Below, in pieces: positions 20,006-27,868 of a stretch of DNA of 29,539 nucleotides (its first letter is position 1; every line of letters starts with the position of its first letter). Location: contig CAZFLF010000001.1 in NCBI GenBank assembly GCA_964519825.1, forward strand, positions 1 to 29,539, read 5' to 3'. The notes under the pieces were generated by a model. That model made no database searches. It had not been told where the DNA came from and saw nothing but the letters and a program-made list of their open reading frames with translations. Origin of the DNA: an uncultured Pirellulaceae bacterium. Lineage in GTDB: Bacteria > Planctomycetota > Planctomycetia > Pirellulales > Pirellulaceae. The translations under genes and the position numbers were made by a program.

Positions 20006-20662
20006 TTACGTCTTGGGAATCTTGTCGTGCCAGCCGGTATAGAAGTTCTGAAATCGGACCCAAACTTCCCCCTCGACGAGTTTCACGGGATCAATTTCGA
20101 GGTCGTCGAGATTACGCGGGCTGGGGTTCTCCATCCCGGACCCGGCCGTTCGGCGTTGGCCGTCGAGATGAAACGAACTGTTGTGACAGGGGCAAACGTA
20201 CGCCTGGCCATTGCACGCGACGCTACATCCGGCGTGTGGGCAAGTGGCATTGAAGCAACGGATCTGGTCATCACCGACCCGCTGCAGAAACACCGCGCCA
20301 ATCGGTTGGTTGGGCGAGAAATTCCAGGCGTCGAGTTGGTCCGCGATGACGGGAAAACGCTGGGGCATTCCGCCAACTGTGAGTGCCGTCAGGGATGCAA
20401 CCCGGATGAAGCCTTCCTGGCCCCCGGTGTGGTCACTTTGTCCGCCCGATTTCGGCAATTTGGGCTGACGTAGCCACGGGTCGAGGAAAGCTGCCAAACC
20501 GATCCCGGCCGGGACCACGCCAACCAAACCGCCAATGACCCAGGCTGCCACTTTGTAAAACCAATTGCGTCGCGCGGGAATGGCTTGGTCGATGTCAGCA
20601 GTTTTCACTGCCACCCTGGGAGATGAAAGAGTCTCCGACGCCATCTTGTTCTGCTTGATCAT
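20006..20662 (-). CDS. Rieske [2Fe-2S] protein of the cytochrome bc complex
   Basis: CPHAGC and CPCHNS boxes, N-terminal ARRNWF twin-Arg-like motif followed by a TM helix. An alternative start is 20644. Confidence 0.92.
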   Translation of the reverse strand: MIKQNKMASETLSSPRVAVKTADIDQAIPARRNWFYKVAAWVIGGLVGVVPAGIGLAAFLDPWLRQPKLPKSGGQSDHTGGQEGFIRVASLTALTVGGMPQRFPVIADQLDAWNFSPNQPIGAVFLQRVGDDQIRCFNATCPHAGCSVACNGQAYVCPCHNSSFHLDGQRRTAGSGMENPSPRNLDDLEIDPVKLVEGEVWVRFQNFYTGWHDKIPKT

Positions 20663-20809
20663 TTGTGGATAGCTCCATGCAAATCACGGTGTTGAAGCTG
20701 GAGCGCTGCGAGGAATCCGGGGCAGCGCGAACTGGCCAGCTTCAGAACCGAGCGTACAGGCGGGGAGGATGGTAGGTGGGACTTTAGGCAGGTTCGCTTA
20801 CTGTGGCGA

Positions 20810-21856
20810 TTATGTCTTGGCCCCGCGCGAAGCGTCAAGCTCTTCGAACGCCGCTCGCACGGCCGTCAATACATTGAGTTGCGCGATTTCATGCGCGCCG
20901 GCAACGTAACCGCCAGCAGCCGCCTTGTGACCACCCCCCTGAAATTGCTGAGCCAGCCGATTGCAATCGATCTCGCAACGGCTGCGAAAGCTGATCTTAA
21001 AGCCACCCTTCGGTTGCTCCACCAAGATCACCGCGAACTGCACGTCCGAGATCGCCAGCGTCATGTTGATGGCGTCTTCCGTGTCGCTCGGCACCGCTCC
21101 GTTTCGCTCAAAGTCGTCGCGCAAGACGTAGGTATGAGCCAACCGTCCGTCCAATTCGACGGCTGTTCGCGACAGAATCACGCCACGCAATCGGACGCGA
21201 CCCAGTGTGTCCTGTTCATACAGATCGCGATAGATGTCCGCCGGCGAAGCACCCGCTTGAACCAGTCGCGCTGCAATCCGATACGTGCCTGGTCCCGTCG
21301 AGCGGAAGCGAAACCAGCCGGTATCGGTTGCGATCGCGGCGAACAGCGGCATGGCTGACAACGGCGTGAGCGGTACCTGCAGCGCATCAGCGGCTTCAAC
21401 GACCAAACGTCCGGTAGCTTCGGCCTGTGTGTTTTTGAATAATTCCGCTCCCAAGTCGTCCTCGCCGACGTGATGGTCGAGCACGATTCGCTGGGCCGGC
21501 AACGACCGAATCGCGTCCGCCATCGGTCCGAGTTGCACCCAGGCGCTGGTGTCAAGGATCATCACGATCTCGCGGTCGAGGAGTTGCTCGACGGGAACCG
21601 TTTGGCCGATAGCTTCGATCCGCCGTTGGGGATCAATGAAGCGAAAAACCGCCGGCGACTCCTGTCCATTGACGATTCGCACGTCTTTGCCCAGCTGGTC
21701 AAGGATCGCCGCCATGCCGAGTTCACTTCCCAAGGCATCACAATCCGGGCGGACGTGGCTGGTCAGCACGAATCGCTGGTGCGAACGGATGACTTCGGCA
21801 AAACGGGGCCAATTAATCGTCATAGAGATTTCTTCGAGACTTGGAAGTACTTTCAT
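20810..21856 (-). CDS. nrnA: DHH/DHHA1 family phosphoesterase (NrnA-like nanoRNase/pAp phosphatase)
   Basis: SHVRPDCDALGS, LDHH, AIATDTGWF, SFRS, GGGHKAAAG. The ATG at 21856 overlaps the ribF stop (ATGA); an alternative start is 21823. Confidence 0.88.
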   Translation of the reverse strand: MKVLPSLEEISMTINWPRFAEVIRSHQRFVLTSHVRPDCDALGSELGMAAILDQLGKDVRIVNGQESPAVFRFIDPQRRIEAIGQTVPVEQLLDREIVMILDTSAWVQLGPMADAIRSLPAQRIVLDHHVGEDDLGAELFKNTQAEATGRLVVEAADALQVPLTPLSAMPLFAAIATDTGWFRFRSTGPGTYRIAARLVQAGASPADIYRDLYEQDTLGRVRLRGVILSRTAVELDGRLAHTYVLRDDFERNGAVPSDTEDAINMTLAISDVQFAVILVEQPKGGFKISFRSRCEIDCNRLAQQFQGGGHKAAAGGYVAGAHEIAQLNVLTAVRAAFEELDASRGAKT

Positions 21857-22788
21857 TCCGCGCGAGGTTCCGCGGCGATTCGCCGGGAAGTTTCCACGTC
21901 GCTGGCCAGCTGCTGCTTGAGTTCGTCCACCGACGGGAAGGGACGAATGTCGCGAAGGCGTCTCAGAAAGTCAACCTCCAGCGGCCTTCCATACAGCGAC
22001 CCCGCGAACCCGATCAAGTGCACCTCGACCTTGCACCTCTGTTCGCCGAACGTGGGATTCGGGCCCAGATTAATCGCCGCGGGCCAGATGGTCTCGTCGA
22101 CGAGCGCACGGCCGGCATACACGCCAGGCGCGGGAAGCAGCGTGTCGATGGCCGATACGTTGGCGGTAGGAAACCCGATTCGGCTGCCGCGCGCCTCGCC
22201 ATGCGTCACGAGTCCGCGGATGCGATACGGTTGGGTCAGCATTTGTTCCGCCGCGGCGACGTCCCCCTGCCGAATGAAATCTCGCACGCGGCTGCTGGAA
22301 ACATAGCCGTCGCCGATCCGCAACGGTTCGACGACCGTCAACGGAATGTGCGCGTCCGCGCACAATTCACCGAGCAACCGGACATCGCCAGCCCGGTCCC
22401 GACCAAAGCAAAAGTTCGGCCCTTCCACCATCGCGCGGGCCGCCAACCTTCCACGCACAACGCAATCGAAGAATTCCCGCGGGGTCAGCGCCAGCAGAGT
22501 TTCATCGGTCGGATACGCGATCATCGCGTCGACGCCGAGCGAATCCAGAAGTTCGGCTTTGCGTTCGGTCCAGGTGAGAGGCGGGGGTGCGGCGTCTGGG
22601 CGAAGCAGACGAACCGGATGCGGGTCAAATGTGAACACAATCGCCGGTCCACCGACCGATTGAGCTTGCGCAAGTAACTCAGCCACGATCCGCGCATGCC
22701 CGCGATGCACACCGTCGAAATTGCCGATGGTTACGGCACCGTGCAGCAAGCTCGGTGACCAGCCCGTCAAATCTCTGACAATTCTCAC
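21853..22788 (-). CDS. ribF: Bifunctional riboflavin kinase/FMN adenylyltransferase
   Basis: IGNFDGVHRGH, TFDPHP, VSSSRVR, GSRIGFPTAN, LGPNPTF, VEVHLIGF. The start is most likely GTG 22788, which overlaps the nnrD stop (GTGA). The track's extra 53 N-terminal residues lie inside nnrD. Confidence 0.95.
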   Translation of the reverse strand: MRIVRDLTGWSPSLLHGAVTIGNFDGVHRGHARIVAELLAQAQSVGGPAIVFTFDPHPVRLLRPDAAPPPLTWTERKAELLDSLGVDAMIAYPTDETLLALTPREFFDCVVRGRLAARAMVEGPNFCFGRDRAGDVRLLGELCADAHIPLTVVEPLRIGDGYVSSSRVRDFIRQGDVAAAEQMLTQPYRIRGLVTHGEARGSRIGFPTANVSAIDTLLPAPGVYAGRALVDETIWPAAINLGPNPTFGEQRCKVEVHLIGFAGSLYGRPLEVDFLRRLRDIRPFPSVDELKQQLASDVETSRRIAAEPRAE

Positions 22789-23648
22789 GGGCCGGTTCCT
22801 GCTTTCCGAAATGCCGCGGGCAAGTATCGGAGCAGGTCGCTGGCGATCATCGACACCTGGCCCAGTTCGCCCGCCGCCAGGTCGCCCGCCAAACCATGCA
22901 CGTGCGCGCCGAGTCGCGCGGCGTCGAACGGCGAAAGGCCTTGGCAAATGAGCGCGACAATGATCCCCGTCAAGACGTCACCCGTGCCGCCGGTCGCCAT
23001 TCCCGGGTTCCCGGTTTCATTGTGGACGGCACGCTGGCCGTCGGTGATCAGCGTGCGGTGTCCTTTCAGCAACACGACGGCATTGCAAGTCTTGGCCAAC
23101 TCCGCCGCCCGCAATTCCTGATTCGCCCGCGGCGATTCATCCCCCCCCACCAACCGGCGGAACTCTCCCGGATGCGGTGTGAGGATTCGTGGGCCAGCCG
23201 GTTCGGCCAGACAATCTTTCCGCTGAGCAATCGCAAACAGCGCATCTGCGTCGACGACCATTGGTTGTGGCAGCACCGAATACATCCAGATCGCCAGATC
23301 GGCGGTCTGCGGCGAGCGACCGATGCCGGGACCACACGCGATGCAATTCGCATGATCCGCCAGCTCGCTGATCCGGTCCTTCGCAGCGACAACGAGGCGG
23401 CCTTCTAGATCACAGGGGAGTGTTGCCGTCATATACGACGGCTCGAAGGACGCAACGGTATCCAGAATCGACTCCGGAACGGCCAGTGTGACGAGCCCGG
23501 CTCCGCTGCGCAACGCCGACATGCCGGCCAGGCCAATCGCGCCGCTCATGCCGCGTGAACCGCCGACCAGCAAAGCGCGACCAAAGTCCCCCTTGTGGCT
23601 TTCCGGTGAGCGTGGAGCAAGTTTGGGAAGGGGCGCTGAATGAGACAT
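22785..23648 (-). CDS. nnrD: ADP/ATP-dependent NAD(P)H-hydrate dehydratase (stand-alone, no NnrE epimerase domain)
   Basis: SHKGDFGRALLVGGS, ALRSGAGLV, VVDADAL, ILTPHPGEFRRL, GNPGMATGGTGDVLTG. Confidence 0.93.
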   Translation of the reverse strand: MSHSAPLPKLAPRSPESHKGDFGRALLVGGSRGMSGAIGLAGMSALRSGAGLVTLAVPESILDTVASFEPSYMTATLPCDLEGRLVVAAKDRISELADHANCIACGPGIGRSPQTADLAIWMYSVLPQPMVVDADALFAIAQRKDCLAEPAGPRILTPHPGEFRRLVGGDESPRANQELRAAELAKTCNAVVLLKGHRTLITDGQRAVHNETGNPGMATGGTGDVLTGIIVALICQGLSPFDAARLGAHVHGLAGDLAAGELGQVSMIASDLLRYLPAAFRKAGTGP

Positions 23649-23651
23649 GTT

Positions 23652-24389
23652 TTATAGACCTGGAGATGCGCCGGTACTGTCGACTGCACGCCGCGCACTC
23701 CGATCGGATTCCTTACGACGTTGCGAGGCGGTCGCGATCAGTCCCGCGACATAACCCCCTTTGAAACCGGCGTCGATGTTCACGACTGCCACGTTGGCCG
23801 CGCAGCTATTCAACATGCTCAACAGCGCAGCAATTCCACCGAAATTCGCTCCGTAACCCACGCTGGTCGGAACGGCGATCACCGGACAATCGACGTAGCC
23901 TCCGACAACGCTGGGCAAGGCGCCTTCCATGCCGGCAACGACCACCACGGCGTCCAAGCCGCGAAGTTGGTCCAAATGAGCAGGCAGTCGATGCGGACCG
24001 GCAACTCCAACGTCGTGGATCATCGTCGTGTCCACACCCATCCAATCCAAGGTCTCGCGAGCCTCCTCGGCAACCGGCAGATCGCTGGTCCCCGCGCTAA
24101 CCACCGCGACGCGCCCGACACGTTCGGTCGACGATGGCTGGCGGGCCGGAATGCGGAAAGTGCGGGCCAACGGGTTGAACTGGCTGGTTGGAAATTGCGA
24201 CAACAGTTGTTCCGCCTTCTCGCTGGAAACACGCGTCGCCAGAACCGGCGTCCCGCTAGCGAGGAGACTTTGAAAGATTCCCGCGAGCGTCTCGGCGTTC
24301 TTGCCGTCGCCAAATACGACTTCAGGGAACCCGCAGCGGTGCTGCCGATCTAGGTCGAGGGTGACAGCTTGGGATTGAGAAGTGGGCAT
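23652..24389 (-). CDS. larB: Nickel-pincer cofactor biosynthesis protein LarB (PurE-like)
   Basis: LDLDRQHRCGFPEVVFGDGK, AGTSDLPVAEEA, DVGVAG, AGMEGALPSVVGG, PTSVGYG, VVNIDAGF. Confidence 0.92.
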   Translation of the reverse strand: MPTSQSQAVTLDLDRQHRCGFPEVVFGDGKNAETLAGIFQSLLASGTPVLATRVSSEKAEQLLSQFPTSQFNPLARTFRIPARQPSSTERVGRVAVVSAGTSDLPVAEEARETLDWMGVDTTMIHDVGVAGPHRLPAHLDQLRGLDAVVVVAGMEGALPSVVGGYVDCPVIAVPTSVGYGANFGGIAALLSMLNSCAANVAVVNIDAGFKGGYVAGLIATASQRRKESDRSARRAVDSTGASPGL

Positions 24390-24411
24390 GGGATCTGGAT
24401 CGACGCATTGG

Positions 24412-25494
24412 CTACTCGTACATCACGACTGTCTTAATACCCTGCGGGACGCGGTGACGGTAGTGCCACAGCGAATCACGCAACGGCACGCGCTCCGTGA
24501 GCAGCGCGGCCAAGTCGGATCCTTGGGACTGCTGTAACTGCTCCAAATGCCGGAGCGCGGCCACAAAATCGCGCGGCGCGGCGTTGACCGTCCCCAAGTG
24601 AACGTGATTCCGCAAGATTGCATTCCGCATCAACACGTCGAGGTTGTGCGGGAGCGGCCGCGGCAAACGTGAACTGCCGAGCCAGACCATCACTCCGCAC
24701 GTCGCCAGTGACTGCGCGGTTTCCATAAGTACCGCGTCGTTGCCGGTGCATTCCAAAATCAAGTCAAATCCATCCTGTTCGACATCGTGCGGTTCGGCCG
24801 TGAAGTGCTGCGCCGGAATGTACTTCGCCCCCAATTGTTGTGCGAGTTGCGAACGGAAGGTGTCGGCTGGGTCGCGTCCGTACACCGTCGTCGGCCAATC
24901 GAAGCAACGGCAAACCAACACGCAAGCGAATGCAATCGGCCCCTGCCCCGTGACCAGGACGCGTGGCGTTTTCTCTTGCCATGCGGACGGCCCGAGTCGA
25001 CCACGTTGGAGCGCAATCGCTTCGTTGACCCCCTTTTCCGCGACGGAGAGCGGTTCGGTTAGCACGGCGACATCGGCAATTTCCGCTGGCACATGAAACA
25101 GGTATCTCGGCTCATCGAGCCAAAAGGGGAACGAGAACCCGTGCTCCAGAACGATCCCACGTTCGGTAAATGTGCCAAACGGCAACATGTCGGGACGCGG
25201 ATGCGAGCGATCGAACGCGCGACGCACCACCGGAACGACAAGATCGCCCGGAGAAAAGTCGGAAACATTGCCGCCAACCTCGACAACACGCCCGAGACAT
25301 TCATGCCCGAGTACAAGATGCGATTCGCCGGCGGGAACCATCGGCGAAGTTGATTCGAGGATATCGCGATCGGTCCCGCAAACGCCCAGCTCGATGGTCT
25401 GACACAGCACTTGGCCAACGTCCGGAGCGGGCGGCGACGAGTGCTCCACCAACTGCGGCTCCGAGCTGCCAGGGAATGCACCAATACCCAACAT
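24412..25494 (-). CDS. Zn-dependent medium-chain dehydrogenase, glucose 1-dehydrogenase-like
   Basis: GVCGTD, LGHECLG, LTEPLS, VTGQGPIA, ILECTG. Start placed at ATG 25494 (GGAG upstream) rather than the track's TTG at 25509. Confidence 0.82.
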   Translation of the reverse strand: MLGIGAFPGSSEPQLVEHSSPPAPDVGQVLCQTIELGVCGTDRDILESTSPMVPAGESHLVLGHECLGRVVEVGGNVSDFSPGDLVVPVVRRAFDRSHPRPDMLPFGTFTERGIVLEHGFSFPFWLDEPRYLFHVPAEIADVAVLTEPLSVAEKGVNEAIALQRGRLGPSAWQEKTPRVLVTGQGPIAFACVLVCRCFDWPTTVYGRDPADTFRSQLAQQLGAKYIPAQHFTAEPHDVEQDGFDLILECTGNDAVLMETAQSLATCGVMVWLGSSRLPRPLPHNLDVLMRNAILRNHVHLGTVNAAPRDFVAALRHLEQLQQSQGSDLAALLTERVPLRDSLWHYRHRVPQGIKTVVMYE

Positions 25495-25516
25495 GCACGC
25501 TTGCTCCAAGTCTTAC

Positions 25517-25547
25517 ATCAGTCGGATCAGTCGGATCAGTCCGATCG
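25517..25547. repeat. 9-bp tandem repeat with an internal mini-palindrome
   Basis: ATCAGTCGG, ATCAGTCGG, ATCAGTCCG, ATCG in the 57-nt intergenic gap. TCGGA-TCAG-TCCGA can form a hairpin. Confidence 0.75.
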
Positions 25548-25551
25548 TTTT

Positions 25552-26931
25552 TCAGTTCGCGTCCCCACCGGTCAGCTTTTCTTCCGCCTTGTCCGCCTGC
25601 CAGGCGACGGCGGTAATCAAGCGAGTCACGGAGAGCGGATCGGCGGTTTCAGCGAGCTGATTGGCCTGCACAACGACCATATCACCCGACGGAGTGCTAT
25701 GGACTGCGAATGCCCCATGCACCATTTGCTGATTGAACTTCAACAGTAGCATCGCGTTTTGCGGTGAGGCCGGGCCACAAACTGAAGAATAGGCAATGAC
25801 CGCATCCCCTTCTGAGTCCTTCGCTGCGAAATTGACCGTAACGGTTTGCTTCCGCAACGATCCAATTTGCACAACCATCTGCCAGACGTCTCCGCTTTCC
25901 TGAATTTGCCAGCCCGCAGAGCGGGCCACGAAGCGTACGAGTTCCTTGGGGTCTCGTGCCACCGGCGCGAGCGCATCGAAGCTCATCGTGCTCGCGGCTC
26001 CCGCCGCAGCCCCGGCGGCAGCAACTGACGCGGTAGCAACCGGAGCGGCAGCCGCCGATGGGAACGCGCCCGGCTGCTGTGAACCTTGCATGGCCTGCTG
26101 AATCATCCCGGGCATCATCATTCCGAAGCCCGCTCCCATTCCCATCCCCATCGCGTTAGCACCACCGCCACCCCCTCCGTGCTCGGCCATCTTCGCCATG
26201 CTGTTGGCGGCTTGATACATGGTGAACGCTCGCAAATCGCCGATCGCGCCCATGCTGCTGCGAGTGTCGATCGCCTTCTGGACTTCCTCCGGCGGCGTAA
26301 TCGCATTAATGAAGAAGTCGACCAACTCCAATCCGTACTTCGTAAAATCGTCACTGACTTTGACGCGCGTCGCAGCGCCAATCTCATCGAACCGAGACGG
26401 CAAATCGAGCATCGCCACATTGAGCGTGCCGAGTATGTCGAGCAACCGCGAGACAATCATGTCCTTCAAATAGGTGGCGACTTCGTCGGTCGTGAACTTG
26501 CCTTGCGTGCCAATCAGGGTATTCAGCAGCACGCTGGAATCGTTGACGCGAAACGAGAACTTGCCAAAACTCCGCAGGCGCACCATGCCGAAATCCTTGT
26601 CGCGGACGGTGATCGGCTGGCGCGTGCCCCACTTTTGATCCAAAAACGTTTGCTTGCCGATGAAGTAGACGGCGGCCTGGAACGGTGATTTTTCCCAGGG
26701 GATCGTCAACAGTCGAGTAATGAACGGGACGTTCATGGTCGTCAGCGTGTGCCGCCCCGCTCCGAACCGGTCCATCGCCTTGCCGTCGCGGAAAAAGACC
26801 GCTTCCTGGTTTTCTTGCACGATGAGCTGAGCCCCGAGCTTGATGTCGGCGGAACCTTGCGCCGGATAACGGTGGACCAGCGCGCGGTTTGTTTCGTCGA
26901 AGAAATCGATGACTTCCAAACGATTGCTCAT
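25552..26931 (-). CDS. SPFH/Band-7 (YdjI-like) protein with a Gly/Ala/Met-rich linker and a C-terminal YbjN/CesT-like domain
   Basis: [69 protein letters not shown] and [11 protein letters not shown] are typical of YdjI-like SPFH proteins. The ~130-aa C-terminal domain has the pattern [16 protein letters not shown]...[13 protein letters not shown]. That fold assignment is inference. Confidence 0.8.
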   Translation of the reverse strand: MSNRLEVIDFFDETNRALVHRYPAQGSADIKLGAQLIVQENQEAVFFRDGKAMDRFGAGRHTLTTMNVPFITRLLTIPWEKSPFQAAVYFIGKQTFLDQKWGTRQPITVRDKDFGMVRLRSFGKFSFRVNDSSVLLNTLIGTQGKFTTDEVATYLKDMIVSRLLDILGTLNVAMLDLPSRFDEIGAATRVKVSDDFTKYGLELVDFFINAITPPEEVQKAIDTRSSMGAIGDLRAFTMYQAANSMAKMAEHGGGGGGANAMGMGMGAGFGMMMPGMIQQAMQGSQQPGAFPSAAAAPVATASVAAAGAAAGAASTMSFDALAPVARDPKELVRFVARSAGWQIQESGDVWQMVVQIGSLRKQTVTVNFAAKDSEGDAVIAYSSVCGPASPQNAMLLLKFNQQMVHGAFAVHSTPSGDMVVVQANQLAETADPLSVTRLITAVAWQADKAEEKLTGGDAN

Positions 26932-26988
26932 GGGAGTTTCCTTGCCGTGAAATGAACGAGGAGCCGCGAGTGTCGTCGCTGGTGACGG

Positions 26989-27498
26989 TTAGTTCAAGCC
27001 TTCAAGAAGTTTCGTCCGCCCGTCGATTTGCTGCCCCAACTGTTCCAGTTGCTGTTGGATCTGGGTCAACGGGGGGACCGCCGCATTTGAAGTCGATGGA
27101 AGTTGTTCGATAACGGTCACCAGTCCCTGCGCGTCGTCCAAAAGAGACAGATCGTGCTGATAGACTTGATCTAAGAGTGCCTCGTCGACGCGCACGAAAT
27201 CAAAGAAGCCGCTGTACCCGCGCATCGCGCCTTTGAGACGGGACTGCAAGTGATCCAGCCGCGACCGGAGTCGTTCACACTGAGGCAATTCGTCGAGCCG
27301 GCCGGCATCCGCTAGCGACCTCTGAAAGTTGTCGAGACTGGCCTTGCACTTCTGCAGCTGATCCACAATTAGCGTTCGCGCAAGTTGATCGCTGTCGCGA
27401 CGATACTCTTTTTCCAAATAGCCCTTGAAGCCGGGAATCTTGCGGAGCAGCGACTCCAACAGGTTACGTGAGTCAGCATGTCGAGAGGGATCCGCCAC
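26989..27498 (-). CDS. Conserved-looking all-helical hypothetical protein (169 aa)
   Basis: Strong AAGGAG RBS before GTG 27498; LLRKIPGFKGYLEKEYRRDSD; heptad-like Leu spacing throughout; 57 nt upstream of the SPFH gene. Confidence 0.8.
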   Translation of the reverse strand: MADPSRHADSRNLLESLLRKIPGFKGYLEKEYRRDSDQLARTLIVDQLQKCKASLDNFQRSLADAGRLDELPQCERLRSRLDHLQSRLKGAMRGYSGFFDFVRVDEALLDQVYQHDLSLLDDAQGLVTVIEQLPSTSNAAVPPLTQIQQQLEQLGQQIDGRTKLLEGLN

Positions 27499-27687
27499 GA
27501 TGCGCTCCTTGGAAAAGAAAATCGCCAGCTTACCGGCTCGAGAAACACCATCTGATGAGTTCTAACGCCAGTGATTCGATTCACCAGCGCGAATCTTTCC
27601 GCCACCTTTGTAACAAATCTCGGAAGCCGGTCGAGGGTTCATGCGGCCAAATCGTTTAACCGCAAGCCGCAGGCGTGCGCTGTTATG

Positions 27688-27841
27688 GATGGCGGGGCAG
27701 AGCGCAACGACGCCCCCGGCAGCGAATGACTAAATGACTAACGAATGACCAAGCGCCAATGACCAAGGGTAACCCGTATTTACTAACCTCTGACCTCTAA
27801 CCTCTTGGTCCTTAGTCATTCGGGCAGCCGCTCGGCCACCC
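27688..27841. repeat. Composite intergenic element: GC-rich palindrome plus heptamer (STRR-like) arrays forming a long imperfect inverted repeat
   Basis: AATGAC(T/C) at 27725, 27733, 27744 and 27758. CTAACCT-CTGACCT-CTAACCT-CTTGGTC-CTTAGTC runs in 7-nt register over 27783-27817. CGAATGACTAA (27723-27733) is the perfect reverse complement of TTAGTCATTCG (27812-27822). GACCAAG and CTTGGTC also pair. Confidence 0.8.
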
Positions 27842-27868
27842 GCGCGCAAAGGTCAGAACGATCGGACG

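Noticed and set aside
21470-22677. Two 278-aa plus-strand ORFs
   Set aside because: They are antisense to nrnA and ribF, which carry unambiguous family motifs.
22789-22947. Arg-rich N-terminal extension of RibF in the ORF track
   Set aside because: It overlaps the nnrD coding sequence. The GTG at 22788 with a GTGA overlap gives a normal RibF N-terminus.
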